From: the human T2T-CHM13v2.0 reference genome, Homo sapiens
NCBI RefSeq assembly: GCF_009914755.1
Contig: NC_060931.1
DNA length: 64,000 nucleotides
Reading direction: 5' to 3' (one strand)
Numbering within the stretch: the stretch's first letter is position 1; the number at the start of each line of letters is the position of its first letter. The translations under genes and the position numbers were made by a program. Under the pieces are notes generated by a model. That model did not search any database, was not told where the DNA came from, and saw only the letters and a program-made list of their open reading frames with translations. Shown here piece by piece: positions 27,817 through 41,422 of this stretch.

Positions 27817-28624
27817 CTATAAAAGCAAAAAGAAGAAAATAAAGATAAAAGTGGAAATTAATAAACTAGGGGAAAATGTGGAATAAACAAAATCTGAAAG
27901 CTAGTTCTTTAAATAAACTAATGAAAATTTACCCAACCAATTAAGGAAGGAAAAAGAAATACAACGAAATAAAAATGATAGAAGAAAATACAGATGCCAA
28001 TTAAAATAAAAGAACTATAAGAGCCTATTTTGCTCATCTCTATGCAAAAAAATGTTAAAACCTAGATTAAATAGATAATTATAAAAGAAAAAATAACTTG
28101 AAAGAACTAACTAGTGGAGAAATTAAAATTCTTAACAGATGAATTTCCATAGAAGAAATAGAAGAAGGTATCACTGAGCTACTCCAACGGCAGTAAGAAG
28201 AAAGTACCAGTCCCAGAGTGTTAAAAAGGAAATTCTCCAAAATAGAATATATATTTCCGATGCTATTCAAACTGTTTCAGGACAAATAAAAGACAAAGAA
28301 AACTTTCACACAGCACTGATATCAAAGACCAAAACTACTGCACAAAAATCAATGACTAGAAATTGTTCTGCACCAGCCATTTGAAGGTGATCCAGTACCT
28401 ATCTACCTACCTGTCATCGAGGAGAAAAGCTATAATGAGGCAACTGGAAAATTGGACTATTTTTCAACTGCATTTGCAAATGCCTTTAAGGATTTTGGCA
28501 TTTAGAATCATAGGTCTTGCTGTTACCTTCTGAGTTCTTTCTAGAGTTGACCTATTCATTAAGTGGAACTTGGGTTCTAAGATTTAGGTGCCTTAGTCCA
28601 CTTTTTATAAATAAATAAATAAAT

Positions 28625-31600
28625 GGGGGATCACAGTGAATGGGAGGCAGGACTAGATTGCAGCTCCAACTTGGATGGACAGAGCAGTGTGTGGAGGCTC
28701 GCATAGTCAATTTTTGCTCCAGAACAACTGCAGGAATAAATCAGGAAAGCTGAGAGGACCCACAGACTCCCTGAAGTAAGTGGATTGCTCCTGCAGGACC
28801 CAGGAGACACCCCAAATACTGTGCTGGTATACTTGGCTGAGAGACTCACAAATGGTTCACATCACAGTACTCTGTGCAGACAACCCCCAGTACCAGCCTG
28901 GAATCTGGTAGACTCGCTGGGTGGCTAGATCCAGAAGAGAGATAACAATCACTACAGCTCAGCTCTCAGGAAGCCACATCCATAGGAAAAGGGGATGAGT
29001 ACTACATCAAGGGAACACCCACAGGACAAAAGAATCTGAACAACAGCCTTCAGCCCTAGACCTTCCATCTGACAGAGCCTACCCAAATGAGAAGGAACCA
29101 GAAAACCAACTCTGGTAATATGACAAAACAAGGTTCTTTAACACCTCCAAAAAAATCACACTAGCTCACCAGCAAGGAGCCCAAATCAAGAAGAAATCCC
29201 CAGTTTACCTTAAAAAGAATAGGAGGTTAGTTATTAAGCTAATTAGGGAGGCACCAGAGAAAGGCAAAGCCCAGTGTAAGGAAATCCAAAAAATGATACA
29301 AGAAGTGAAGGAGAAATACTCAAGGAAACAGATAGCATAAATAAAAAACAATCAAAACTTCAGGAAACAATGGACACACTTATAGAAATGCAAAATGCTC
29401 TGAAAAGTCTCAGCAATAGAATTGAGCAAGTAAAAGAAAGAAATTCAGAGCTCAAAGACAAGGTCTTTGAATTAACCCAATCCAACAAAGACAAAGAAAA
29501 AAGAATAAGAAAGTAAGAACAAAGCCTCCAAGAAGTCTGGGATTATGTTAAATGACCAAACCTAAGAATAATCAGTGTTCCTGAGGAAGAAGAGAAATCT
29601 AAAAGTTTGGAAAACATATGTGGGGGAATGATTGAGGGGAATAAACTTCCCCAGCCTTGCTAGAGACCCAGACATCCAAATACAAGAAGCACAAAGAATA
29701 GCTGGGAAATTCATCACAAAAAGATCATTGCCTAGGCACATTGTCATTGAGTTATCTAAAGTTAAGATGAAGGAAAGAATCTTAAGAGCTGTGAGACAAA
29801 AGCACCAGGTAACCTATAAAGGAAAACGTATCAGATTAGCAGCAGATTTCTCAGCAGAAACCCTATAAGCCGGAAGGGTTTGGTCAGTCTCTTCAAACAA
29901 AACAATTATCAGACAAGAATTTTGTATCTAGCAAAACTAAGCTTCATACATGAAGAAAAGATACAGTCTTTTTCAGACAAATGCTGACAGAATTCACCAC
30001 TACCAAGCTACCACTACAAGAACTGCTAAAAGGAGCTCCAAATCTTGAAACAAATCCTGGAAACACATCAAAATAGAACCTCTTTAAAGCATAAATCTCA
30101 CAGGACCTATAAAACAAAACTACAATTAAAAAAACCCAAAACCAATAACTAAAGTATACAGGCAACAAATAGCATGATGAATGGAATGGTACCTCACATC
30201 TCGATACTAACGTTGAATGTAAATGACCTAAATGCTCCACTTAAAGGATACAGAATAGCAGAATGGATAAGAATTCACCAACCAACGATCTGCTGCCTTC
30301 AGGAGACTCACCTAACACATAAGGACTCGCACAGACTTAAGGTAAAGTGGTAGAAAAAGACATTTCATGTGAACAAACACCAAAAGCAAGCAGGAGTAGC
30401 TATTCTCATATCAAACAAAACAAACTTTAAAGCAACAGCAGTTAAAAGAGACAAAGAAGAACATTATATAATGATAAAAGAAGCACATTATATAATGATA
30501 AAAGGCCTTGTCCAACAGGAAAATATCACAATCCTAAACATATATGCACCTAACACTGGAGCTCCCAAATTTGTAAAACAATTACTAACAGACCTAAGAA
30601 ATGAGATAGACAGCAACACAATAATAGTGGGGGACTTCAATACTCCACTGACAGCACTAGACAGGTCATCAAGACAGAAAGTCAACAACAAAAAAAAAAA
30701 CAATGGATTTAAACTATACCCTGGAACAAATGGACTTAACAGATATGTACAGAACATTCCATCCAACATACGCAGAATATACATTCTATTCAATAGTGTA
30801 TAGAACTTTCTCCAAGATAGACCATATGATAGGCCACAAAACAAGCCTCAATAAATTTAAGAAAATCAAAATTGTATCAAGCACTCTCTCAGACCACAGT
30901 GGAATAAAACTGGAAATCAACTCCAAAAGGAACATTCAAAACCATGCAAATACATAGAAATTAAATAACCTGCTCCTGAGTGATCACTGGGTCAAAAATG
31001 AAATCAAGATGGAAATTTAAAAATTCTTCAAACTGAACCACAATAGTGACACAACGTATCAAAACCTCTGGGACACAGCAAAGGTGGTGCTAAGTGGAAA
31101 TTTCATAGCCCTAAATGCCTACATCAAAAAGTCTGAAAGAGCACAAACAGACAATCTAAGGTCACACCTCAAGGAACTAGAGAAACAAGAACAAACCAAA
31201 CACAAATGCAGCAGAAGAAAGGAAATAACCAAGATCAGAGCAGAACTAAATGAAATTGAAACAAACAAACAAAAAATACAAAAGATAAATAAAACAAAAA
31301 GCTGGTTCTTTGAAAAAATAAATAAAATTGATGGACCATTAGCAAGATTAACCAAAAAAAGAAGACAGAAAATCCAAATAAGCTCAATAAGAAACAAAAC
31401 AGGGGATATTACAACTGACACTGCAGAAATACCAAAGATCATTCAAGGCTACTTAATGAACACCTTTACACACATAAACTAGAAAACCTAGAAGAGATGG
31501 ATAAATTCCTGGAAAGATATAACCCTCCTAGCTTAAGTCAGGAAAGAATTAGATACCACGAACAGACCAATAATAAGCACTGAGATTGAAATGTTAATTT

Positions 31601-34600
31601 AAAAATTAACAACAAAAAAAGTCCAGGTCCAGACGAATTCACAGGAAAATTCCACCAGACATTTAAAGAATTGGTACCAATCCTATTGACACTATTCCAC
31701 AAGACAGAGAAAGAGGAAATCCTCCCTAAATCATTTTATGAAGCCAGTATCACCTTAATACCAAAACCAGGAAAGGACATAACCAAAAAAGAAAACTACA
31801 GACCAATATCCCTAATGAACATAGATGCTGGAATCCTTAAAACACTAGCTAACCGAATCCAACATATCAAAAAGATAATCCACCATAATCAAGTGGGTTT
31901 CATACGAGGGATGCAGGTATGGTTTAACATACTCAAGTCAATAAATATGATACACCACATAAACAGAATTAAAAACAAAAATCACATGATCATCTCAATA
32001 GATGCAGAAAAAGCATTCAACAAAATCCAGCATCCCTTTATGATTAAAACTCTGAGCAAAACTGGCATACAAGGGACATACCTCAATATAATAAAAGCCA
32101 ACTATGACAGACCCACAGCCAACATAATACTGAATGGGAAAAAGTTGAAAGCATTCCCTCTGAGAACTCGAACAAGACAAGGATGCCCACTGTCACCACT
32201 CCTCTTCAACATAGTACTGGAAGTCCTAGCCAGAGCAATCAAGAGAAAGGAATAAAGGGCATCCAAATCAGTAAAGAGGAATTCAAACTGTCACTGTTTT
32301 CTGATGATATGATCGTATATCTAGAAAACCCTAAAGACTCATCCAAAAAGCTCCTAGAATTGATAAAAGAATGCAGCTAAGTTTCTGGATACAAAACTAA
32401 TGTACACAATCAGTAGGTCTTCTATACATCAACAGAGACCAAGCTGAGAATCAAATCAAGAACTCAACCCCTTTTAAAACAGCTGCAAAAAAAACCAAAA
32501 CAAACAAACAAAAACAAAAAAAAAAAAAACCACTTAGGAATATACCTAACCAAGGAGGTGAAAGGCCTTTACAAGGAAAACTATAAAAGAGTGCTGAAAA
32601 AAAATCATGGATGACACAAACAAATGGAAACACATCCCATGCTCATGGATGAGTAGAATCAATATTGTGAAAATGACCATACTGCCAAAAGCAATCTACA
32701 AATTCAGTGGAATCCCCATCAAAACACCACCATCATCTTCACAGAATTAGAAAAAACAATTCTAAAATTCATATGGAACCAAAAAAGAGGCTGTACATCC
32801 AAAGAAAGACTAAGCAAAAAGAACAAATCTGGAGGCATCACATTACCTGACTTCAAACTATATTATGAAGCCATAGTCACCAAAACAGCATGGGACTGGT
32901 ATAAAAATAAGCACACAGACCAATGGAACAGAATAGAGATCCCAGAAATAAACCCAAACACTTAGAGCCAACTGATCTGCAACAAAGCAAACAAAAACAT
33001 AAAGTGGGGAATGGACGCTCTTTTCAACAAATGGTGCTGGGATAATTGGCTAACCACATGTAGGAGACTGAAACTGGATCCTCATCTCTCACCTTATACA
33101 AAAATCAACTCAAGATGGATTAAGGACTTAAATCTAAGACCTGAAACTGTAAAAATTCTAGAAGATAACATTGGAAAAACCCTTCTAGACATTGGCTTAG
33201 GTAAGGATTTCATGACCAAGAACCCAAAAGCAAATGCAATAACAACAAAGATAAATAGTTGGGAGTTAATTAAACTAAAGAGATTTTGCATGGCAAAAGA
33301 AACATTCAGCAGACTAAACAGACAACCCACAGAGTGGGAAAAAAAATCTTCACAATCTATACATCTGACAAAGGACTAATATCCAGTATCTACAATGAAT
33401 TCAAACAAATAACAATCCCATCAAAAAGTGGCCTAAGGACATGAATAGACAATTCTCAAAAAAAAAAAAAAAAAAAAAGATATACAAATGGCCAGCAAAC
33501 ATATGAAAATGCTCAACATCACTAATGATCAGGGAAATGCAAATCAAAACTGCAATGCGATACCACTTTACTCCTGCAACAATGGCTATAATCAAAAAAT
33601 AAAAAAATAGTAGATGTTGGTGTGGATGCAGTGAACAGGGAACGCTTCTATACTGCTGGTGGGAATGTAAACCACTATGGAAAACAGTATGGAGATTACT
33701 TAAATAACTAAAAGTAGAACTACCATTTGATCCAGCAATCCCACTACTGGATATCGATCCATTGGAAAATAAGTCATTATACGAAAAAGATACTTGCACA
33801 TGCATATTTGTAGCAGCACAATTTGCAATTGTAAAACCATGGAACCAACCCAAACCAAATACCCATCAATCAATGAGTGGATAAAGAAACTGTGATATAT
33901 ATATATATAATGAGATACTACTCAGCTATAAGAAGAGTGAATTAATGGCATTCACAGCAACCTGGATGAGATTGGAGATTATTATTCAAAGTGAAGTAAC
34001 TTAGGAATGGAAAACCAAACATCGTATGTTCTCACTTATAAGTGAGAGCTAAGCTATGAGGATGCTAAGGCATAAGAATGACACTCCTCTCTCCCTCTCC
34101 CCTCTCCCCTCCCCCTCCCCTTCCCTTTCCCCCTCTCCCTCTCCCTCTCTCCCCTTTGCACAGTCTCCCTCTGATGCCAAGCCGAGGCTGGACTGTACTG
34201 CTGCCATCTCGACTCACTGCAACCTCCCTGCCTGATTCTCCTGCCTCAGCCTGCCCAGTGCCTGGGATTGCAGGCACGTGCTGCCACGCCTGACTGGTTT
34301 TCGTATTTTTTGGTGGAGACGGGGTTTTGCCGTGTTGGCCGGGCTGGTCTCCAGCTCCTGACCACGAGTGATCTACCAGCCTCGGCCTCCCGAGGTGCCG
34401 GGATTGCAGACAGAGTCTAGCTCACTCAGTGCTCAATGTTGCCCAGGCTGGAGTGCAGTGGCGTGATCTCGGCTCGCTACAACCTCCACCTCCGAGCCGC
34501 CTGCCTTGGCCTCCCAAAGTGCCGAGATTGCAGCCTCTGCCCTGCCACTACCCCGTCTAGGAAGTGAGGAGCGTCTCTGCCTGGCCGCCCATCGTCTGGG

Positions 34601-35778
34601 ATGTGAGGAGCCCCTCTGCCCGCCACCCAGTCTGGGAAGTGAGGAGCACCTCTTCCCGGCCGTCATCCCATCTAGGAAGTGAGGAGCGTCTCTGCCCGGC
34701 TGCCCATCGTCTGGGATGTGGGGAGCACCTCTGCCCCGCCGCCCCGTCTGAGATGTGAAGAGCGCCTCTGCCAGGCCGCGACCCCGTCTGGGAACTGAGT
34801 AGCGTCTCTACCCCGCCGCCACCCCGTCTGGGAGGTGAGCAGCGTCTCTGACCGGCCGCCCCGTCTGAGAAGTGAGGAGCCCCTCCGCCCGGCAGCTGCC
34901 CCGTCTGGGAAGTGAGGAGCGTCTCCGCCCGGCAGCCGCCCCGTCCGGCCAGCCGCCCCGTTGGGGAGGTGGGGGGCAGCCCCCACCCCAGCCAGCCGCC
35001 CCATCTGGGAAGTGGGGAGCCCCTCTGCCCGGCCGCCACCCTGTCTGGGAGGTGTACGCAACAGCTCATTGAGAACGGGCCATGATGACGATGGCGGTTT
35101 TGTCGAATAGAAAAGGGGGAAATGTGGGGAAAAGAGAGATCAGATTGTTACTCTGTCTGTGTAGAAAGAAGTAGACATAGGAGACTCCATTTTGTTCTGT
35201 ACTAAGAAAAATTCTTCTGCCTTGGGATGCTGTTAATCCATAACCTTACCCCCAACCCCATGCTCTCTGAAACATGTGCTGTGTCCACTAAGGGTTAAAT
35301 GGATTAAGGGCAGTGCAAGATGTGCTTTGTTAAACAGATGCTTGAAGGCAGCATACTCGTTAAGAGTCGTCACCACTCCCTAATCTCAAGTACCCAGGGA
35401 CACAAACACTGCGGAAGGCGGTGGGGCCCTCTGCCTAGGAAAACCAGAGACCTTTGTTCACATGTTTATCTGCTGACCTTCCCTCCAGTATTGTCCTATG
35501 ACCCTGCCAAATCCCCGTCTCCGAGAAACACCCAAGAATGATCAATAAATACTAAAAAAAAAAAAAAAAAAGAATGACACAATGGACTTTGGGGACTCAG
35601 GGGGAAAGGGTGGGAAGTGGGTGAGAGATAAAAGACTAGTAATAGGGTGCAGTGTATATGGCTCAGGTGATGGTTGCACCAAAATCTCAGAGATCACCAC
35701 TGAAGAACTTACTCATGTAACCAAACACCACCCGTTCCCCAATAACCTATGGAAATAAATTTTAAAAAAAACAAAAAA
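28625..35778 (+). mobile_element. Near full-length L1PB (L1PB1-like 3' end), ORF1/ORF2 disrupted, interrupted by an SVA
   Basis: 5'UTR, ORF1 remnants (ERILRAVRQKHQVTYKG), endonuclease (NIYAPN, VGDFNTPL, SDH), RT ([20 protein letters not shown]), 3'UTR and A tail; many stops and frameshifts. Confidence 0.93.
34085..35569 (+). mobile_element. Full-structure SVA (older B/C-like, tentative)
   Basis: (CCCTCT)n head, antisense Alu-like part, GC-rich VNTR, SINE-R, AATAAA plus poly-A, TSD aagaatgacac (34074-34084 / 35570-35580). Confidence 0.96.
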
Positions 35779-36264
35779 CACTAATTGAGGGGGCTCTTGA
35801 GCAGCCACTTGCTCAAGCCTGCTCCCACTCTGTGAATTGTCTTCAATAAATCTGTGCCTACTCTGGCAAAAATAAATAAATAAATAAATAATAAAAATAA
35901 ATAAATAAATAAAATCAATGATTAGAAGCCAACGCCATTTATGAGGAAGAACCATGAATACTATGTTAGAAAACTGAATGCAATAGCATAATCAAAAAGT
36001 AATTCACCAAAATCAAGTGTTTTTCACCCCTAGGAATTCAAGAATGAGTCAATAAGATATTGGCTAATAGAACACATGAGATTTGGAGTTCTAAAGAAGC
36101 AAAGAAAAAAGTTATAAAATCAGCTTCACAGATGCTGGAGAGAATTTAACAAAATCAACAACTCTTTTTTTTTTAAGTCTTCATTAAGAGAGGAAAAGAT
36201 GAAAACTGCCTTTACATGATAAATTATATATGTCAAAAATCTAGTATCAAGTTTAATGGAACAA

Positions 36265-37042
36265 TGTCGCAGCCTGATGGGTTCTTCTTTCCCACTGCCC
36301 TGAAAAAAGACTAATGAGACCAGCAGGAGTTGCAACAAAGAATGTAATAATCACAGGCCTGCTGAGCAAGGAGAACAGGGAGAAAGTTCTCAAACCTGTC
36401 TCCCCCAGAATTTGGAGGCTGGGGTTTTGTAAAAGTACTTTTTAAAAAGTACTTTCCCAGCAGGGTTCTGGGAAACTGGAACAGATGATTGGCTGAACAA
36501 TTGGGATGAAATCACAGGAGCATCCCAAACTGTCTTTGTGCAGCTGAGTTAGTTCCTTGGCAGGGATGTGAGGGGGTAGTCTTAGAACTAGATGGTGTCT
36601 CTTGGTCTACTGAAACGTTAAATCCAAAAAATATCTCAAAATCAGATCTTTAGGTTTCACAATAGTGATGTTATTTACAGGAGTAGTTGGGAAAGTTACA
36701 CATTTTGCAACCCTCAGTTACGTGACTCTGGGGCAATAGACAACCTATAGAAACACAAACTAAGCAATGGCAGGTTATGGTTTAATGCCTACTCATTAGC
36801 AAAGTCCTAACCCCTATCATAATTTTAACCTTGCCTTATGAATGTGGCTTTAATCTTCAGACATGGAGGGTGCCAGTTTCCTTTGCCTCCAAGTATAATG
36901 ATAAACCTAATCCTTCTCATAGTTATCTTGGCCTCTGCATTACAGTAAGCAAGAAAAATATTTAGTCTGTGAAGTTAGAAGCAAGATGGAGTCAGTCATG
37001 CTAGATCACTCTTATTACTTATAATTCTACAAAAGCAGTTCA
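36265..37042 (-). mobile_element. ERV1 solo LTR (LTR8/MER66-like, tentative)
   Basis: TG...CA termini; minus-strand start contains gactccatcttgcttctaac. Confidence 0.75.
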
Positions 37043-37445
37043 AAAACACTGGAAGGATCTTGAGACCGACATGCCCATCATCATCAATCTCATTTAACAC
37101 TGTTCTGGCAGTATCAGCCATTGTAATTAAACAAGAGAAAGAAACTGGAGAGGTCAAATTGGAAATGAGAGGTTGATAATCACCATTCATAATTAATATG
37201 TTTACATAGCTGAAAAACACTGAAGAATACACTTCAAGATAACTATAAACAACATGAGAATTCAGTGAAAGAGAAGAGGACCTAAAATCAACAGCCAATA
37301 GCAGCAGCTTTTCTATATACCAATGACAACCAGTTTGGGGACAAAATGGAAAAAAAAAGGGAAAAAATATCCCTTTTATAATACAATAGTGCAAAAAATA
37401 AAATATCATACAAGAAACAGGTAAATTCTACATAAAGAAATGTTC

Positions 37446-37590
37446 AGGCCGGGTGCAGTGGTTCATGCCTATAATCCCAACACTTTGGGAGGCTGAGGCT
37501 GTAGGAACACTTGAGGCCAGGAGTTCGAGACCAGCCTGGTCAATATAGTGAGACTCCTGTCTCTATTAAAACAGAAAAGAAAAGAAAAAA
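37446..37590 (+). mobile_element. FLAM (Alu left monomer)
   Basis: Single monomer with A-rich tail, TSD agaaatgtt. Confidence 0.88.
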
Positions 37591-37716
37591 CAGAAATGTT
37601 TAAAATACTTTTAAAGAAAGATGCACGGAAAAAATGGACAGGAACAGGGCAGTTCATGCAGTGGGAGACTCGTAAATATAAAGACTCTACATAAATTAAT
37701 TTATATATTAAACATT

Positions 37717-38814
37717 TGTAAATGAAAAATAAAATTCTAAGCTCTCCAACCTACTGAATGGACCCCTCCTTTTGGCCAAGGGCATTCCAAAGTTAACCTG
37801 AAAAATGAGTTCAGGCCATAATGGGAAGGGAGGGTCAGACATGCCCCACGATACCCTCCTCCCATTGGAATTGAGGCACAACTGACCAGCATTAACATTT
37901 AAACAGAGGCCTTAAGAATGACAAAACAGACTTTTTGTAGCAATAAGATACCAACATGACAGATAGCAGGCCCTGAAAGAAATCAAAGTATTTTACCCCA
38001 AAATATATTTGACACTTTGAAATTGTCCTACGAAAAGAGGAGACCCAAAATGAACAGCAAATAGCAGCAGCTTTTCTATATACCAATGACAACCAGTTTG
38101 GGGACAAAATGGGAAAAAATATCCCTTTTATAATAAATAGTGCAAAAAATAAAATATCATACAAGCAACATGTAAATTCCATATGAAGAAATGTTCAGGC
38201 TGGGCGCAGTGGTTCATGCCTGTAATCCCAACACTTTGGGAGGCTGAGGCTGTAGGATCACTTGAGGCCAGGAGTTCAGGGAAAAATTTATGTTCTGTAG
38301 AGAATTCCCTTCCCTTTCCAGATCTTTTCCTGATCCAGGACAGAATTAACTGAGTCTGGCACCTTTTAAAGGCTGATAAGAAACATTTACAATCTCTTCT
38401 CTCTGAAGGCTGCTACCTGGAGGCTTTGTCTGCATGATAAAATCTTTGGTCTTCACCACCACTTATTTTCACCCAGACACTCCCTTCTATTGATTCCAGG
38501 TCTTTAGGTAATAACTTAACTCTTTCAACCAATTGCCAATCAGAAAATCTTTGTATCTACCTATGACCTGAAAGCCTCCCTGACCCCCATCTTTGAGTTG
38601 TCCCACCTTTCTGCGCAGAACCAATGTACATTTTAGATGTATTGATTGATATCTTACGTCTCCCTAAAATGTATAAAACCAAGCTGTAGCATGACCACCT
38701 TGGGCACAAGTTCTTAGGACCTCCTGGAGCTGTGCCTCAGACCATGGTCACTCATATTTGGCTCAGAATAAATCTATTCAAAAATTTTACTTAGTTTGAT
38801 TCTTTTCATCAACA
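37717..38814 (+). mobile_element. MER4-family solo LTR containing a ~250-bp foreign insert
   Basis: tgtaaatgaaaaataaaattctaag...tataaaaccaagctg...ggctcagaataaa...tcaaca. Confidence 0.88.
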
Positions 38815-38915
38815 CATGATTTAAATAAAAATACCAATAAGATATTTTTATACTAGTCAGTGTGAGTCTAAAGTTCATGTGGAAAAAGGAACAAGCAAAA
38901 ATGGCAAGAATAACA

Positions 38916-39193
38916 CTAGAGAAGATGAGTGACAAGGGAAGCTAGCAAATCACCTGAGGGCAGAGAGGAAACCAGCATTGGTAGAGGCAGCACACCCCAT
39001 CATTGTGGCAACCGAATTCCAGCATATGATGCTGAGCCAAATGGATGGCCATGCTAGAGAAGATGAGTGAACAAGGGATGCCAGCAAACGGCCTGAGGGC
39101 AGAGAGGAAGCCAGCATAGGTAGAGAGAGCACGCCCCATCAGTGTGGCAATGGAATCTTCCAGCAAATGACACTGAGCCAAATGGGTGGCCAT
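38916..39193 (+). repeat. Diverged tandem duplication, 2 x ~138 bp
   Basis: ctagagaagatgagtg...gagccaaatgg-tggccat starting at 38916 and 39054. Confidence 0.9.
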
Positions 39194-39468
39194 TCAGGAA
39201 ACAGTCAAATGGAATCTATAATGCAGGCTTTATGCCAGGATATATATTCAAATGCATTCAATATTTAAATGAGAAAACAGAATAACAGAAACTCTAGGAG
39301 AAACCATGAGAGAATTGTTCCATAAACTCAGAGTAAGGAAAAAATTTCTAACTATGACATAAAACTCAGAAACCATGAAAAAAAGGTTGATAAAGTATAC
39401 TTAATAAAAGTTAAAAATTCCTACATGAAAAGAAAAAAAAACTATAAGTAAAACCAAAACACAAATAA

Positions 39469-39782
<314 letters not shown>

Positions 39783-40497
39783 GACAAATTTTCTTAATAA
39801 CAAAAGAGCTCATTGAAACCCCATATTAGATGGAACTGTGAAAGTGCTCAGCTTGGTTGAATATGGTCATACACTGGCAGTTGACAAGGATGAACCTAAT
39901 AAAATGTAAATTTTAAAACTTCAGAAAGATACTGTTTTTACCTATCATATTGATCTCTACATCGTTCACAGGAATGTAAATAGGACAAGAGTCCTAATTA
40001 AAAGCAATTTAGCATTAACTATCAATTACAGATGCACATAGCATTTGAGGCAATAATCTTGGCTTTCCATTAAATGACATACACATGTAATTATTCACTG
40101 CAATGTTGTTTGCAATGCTGAAAGATCAGAAACAATTTCAATGTTCAGCAATAAAAAGAAAGAGCTGAATAGATTTGGTCCATTAAATTAATGGACTACT
40201 CAGCAACCACACCAAAAGCCAGGGAAGCTCTTTCTGTGTAGACAGGGAAGCCCGTCTAGATATGGATATGCATTTAAGTGGGCAAGGAGTGGGATACTGT
40301 GTGTGGTATACTTCCATTTGTGGAAAGGAGGGGAAACAACACTTATACTTGTTTATACACATAAAAGATATAAGAAGTAGAAGGCAGTAGTTGACTGTGG
40401 GTCAATAGAAAAGGACTTTTTACTATATAACTTTCTAGAATGTGGGAGTTTACACCATGAGAATGTATATGTTCAAAAAGTAACTTTAAAAACAAAA

Positions 40498-40890
<393 letters not shown>

Positions 40891-41422
40891 TCATCATCTC
40901 TAGGGGTTTAGTAGTTGTCTGAGTAGAATGGGTCCAACGCTGGAATGTAAAGAATTTTTTCTTACTTTTGTTGAGACTACAAAATGTTGGAAATTTTAGT
41001 GCAAAAGAATTCATATAGAACATTGTGTGTGTGCATATGTGTGTGCATGAGCTTGAAGGACAATTTAAGTAATTTTTCAATAGTTATTATTTTTAGAATT
41101 CTGCTTCTGTGTAGGATGAAGCGCCAGTACATTACCTTTGGGACCTCAGGGCAAGTCCCCAGCCTCACCACATCTACCTCACAAGGCAAGTGGAAAGATT
41201 AAATGCAATGAAGTATGTAGAGTTGGTCACAGTGCAAAACACAGTGCACAAACCCACCTACGTCCGCAGTGTGCCACTGAGCTACTATTCTTGGAGCCAG
41301 GAAGGTTGGCTGAGTCCAGAGAAACGGAATGCAGTTTCTTTTCTTTTCCCAACACTGCCTCTTGGGTCCCCTAGCTCAGGACCTCCTTCCCAGGCTCCTG
41401 ATAAGGACACCATGCACCTTAC

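Noticed and set aside
29632-33379. Track ORFs with endonuclease and reverse-transcriptase motifs (e.g. 30369-30803, 31671-32255)
   Set aside because: Fragments of the dead L1PB ORF1/ORF2 broken by stops and frameshifts; not a functional gene or a novel RT system.
34433-35072. Repetitive Arg/Gly-rich ORFs and an array-like repeat
   Set aside because: SVA VNTR; no unique spacers, so not CRISPR-like and not coding.
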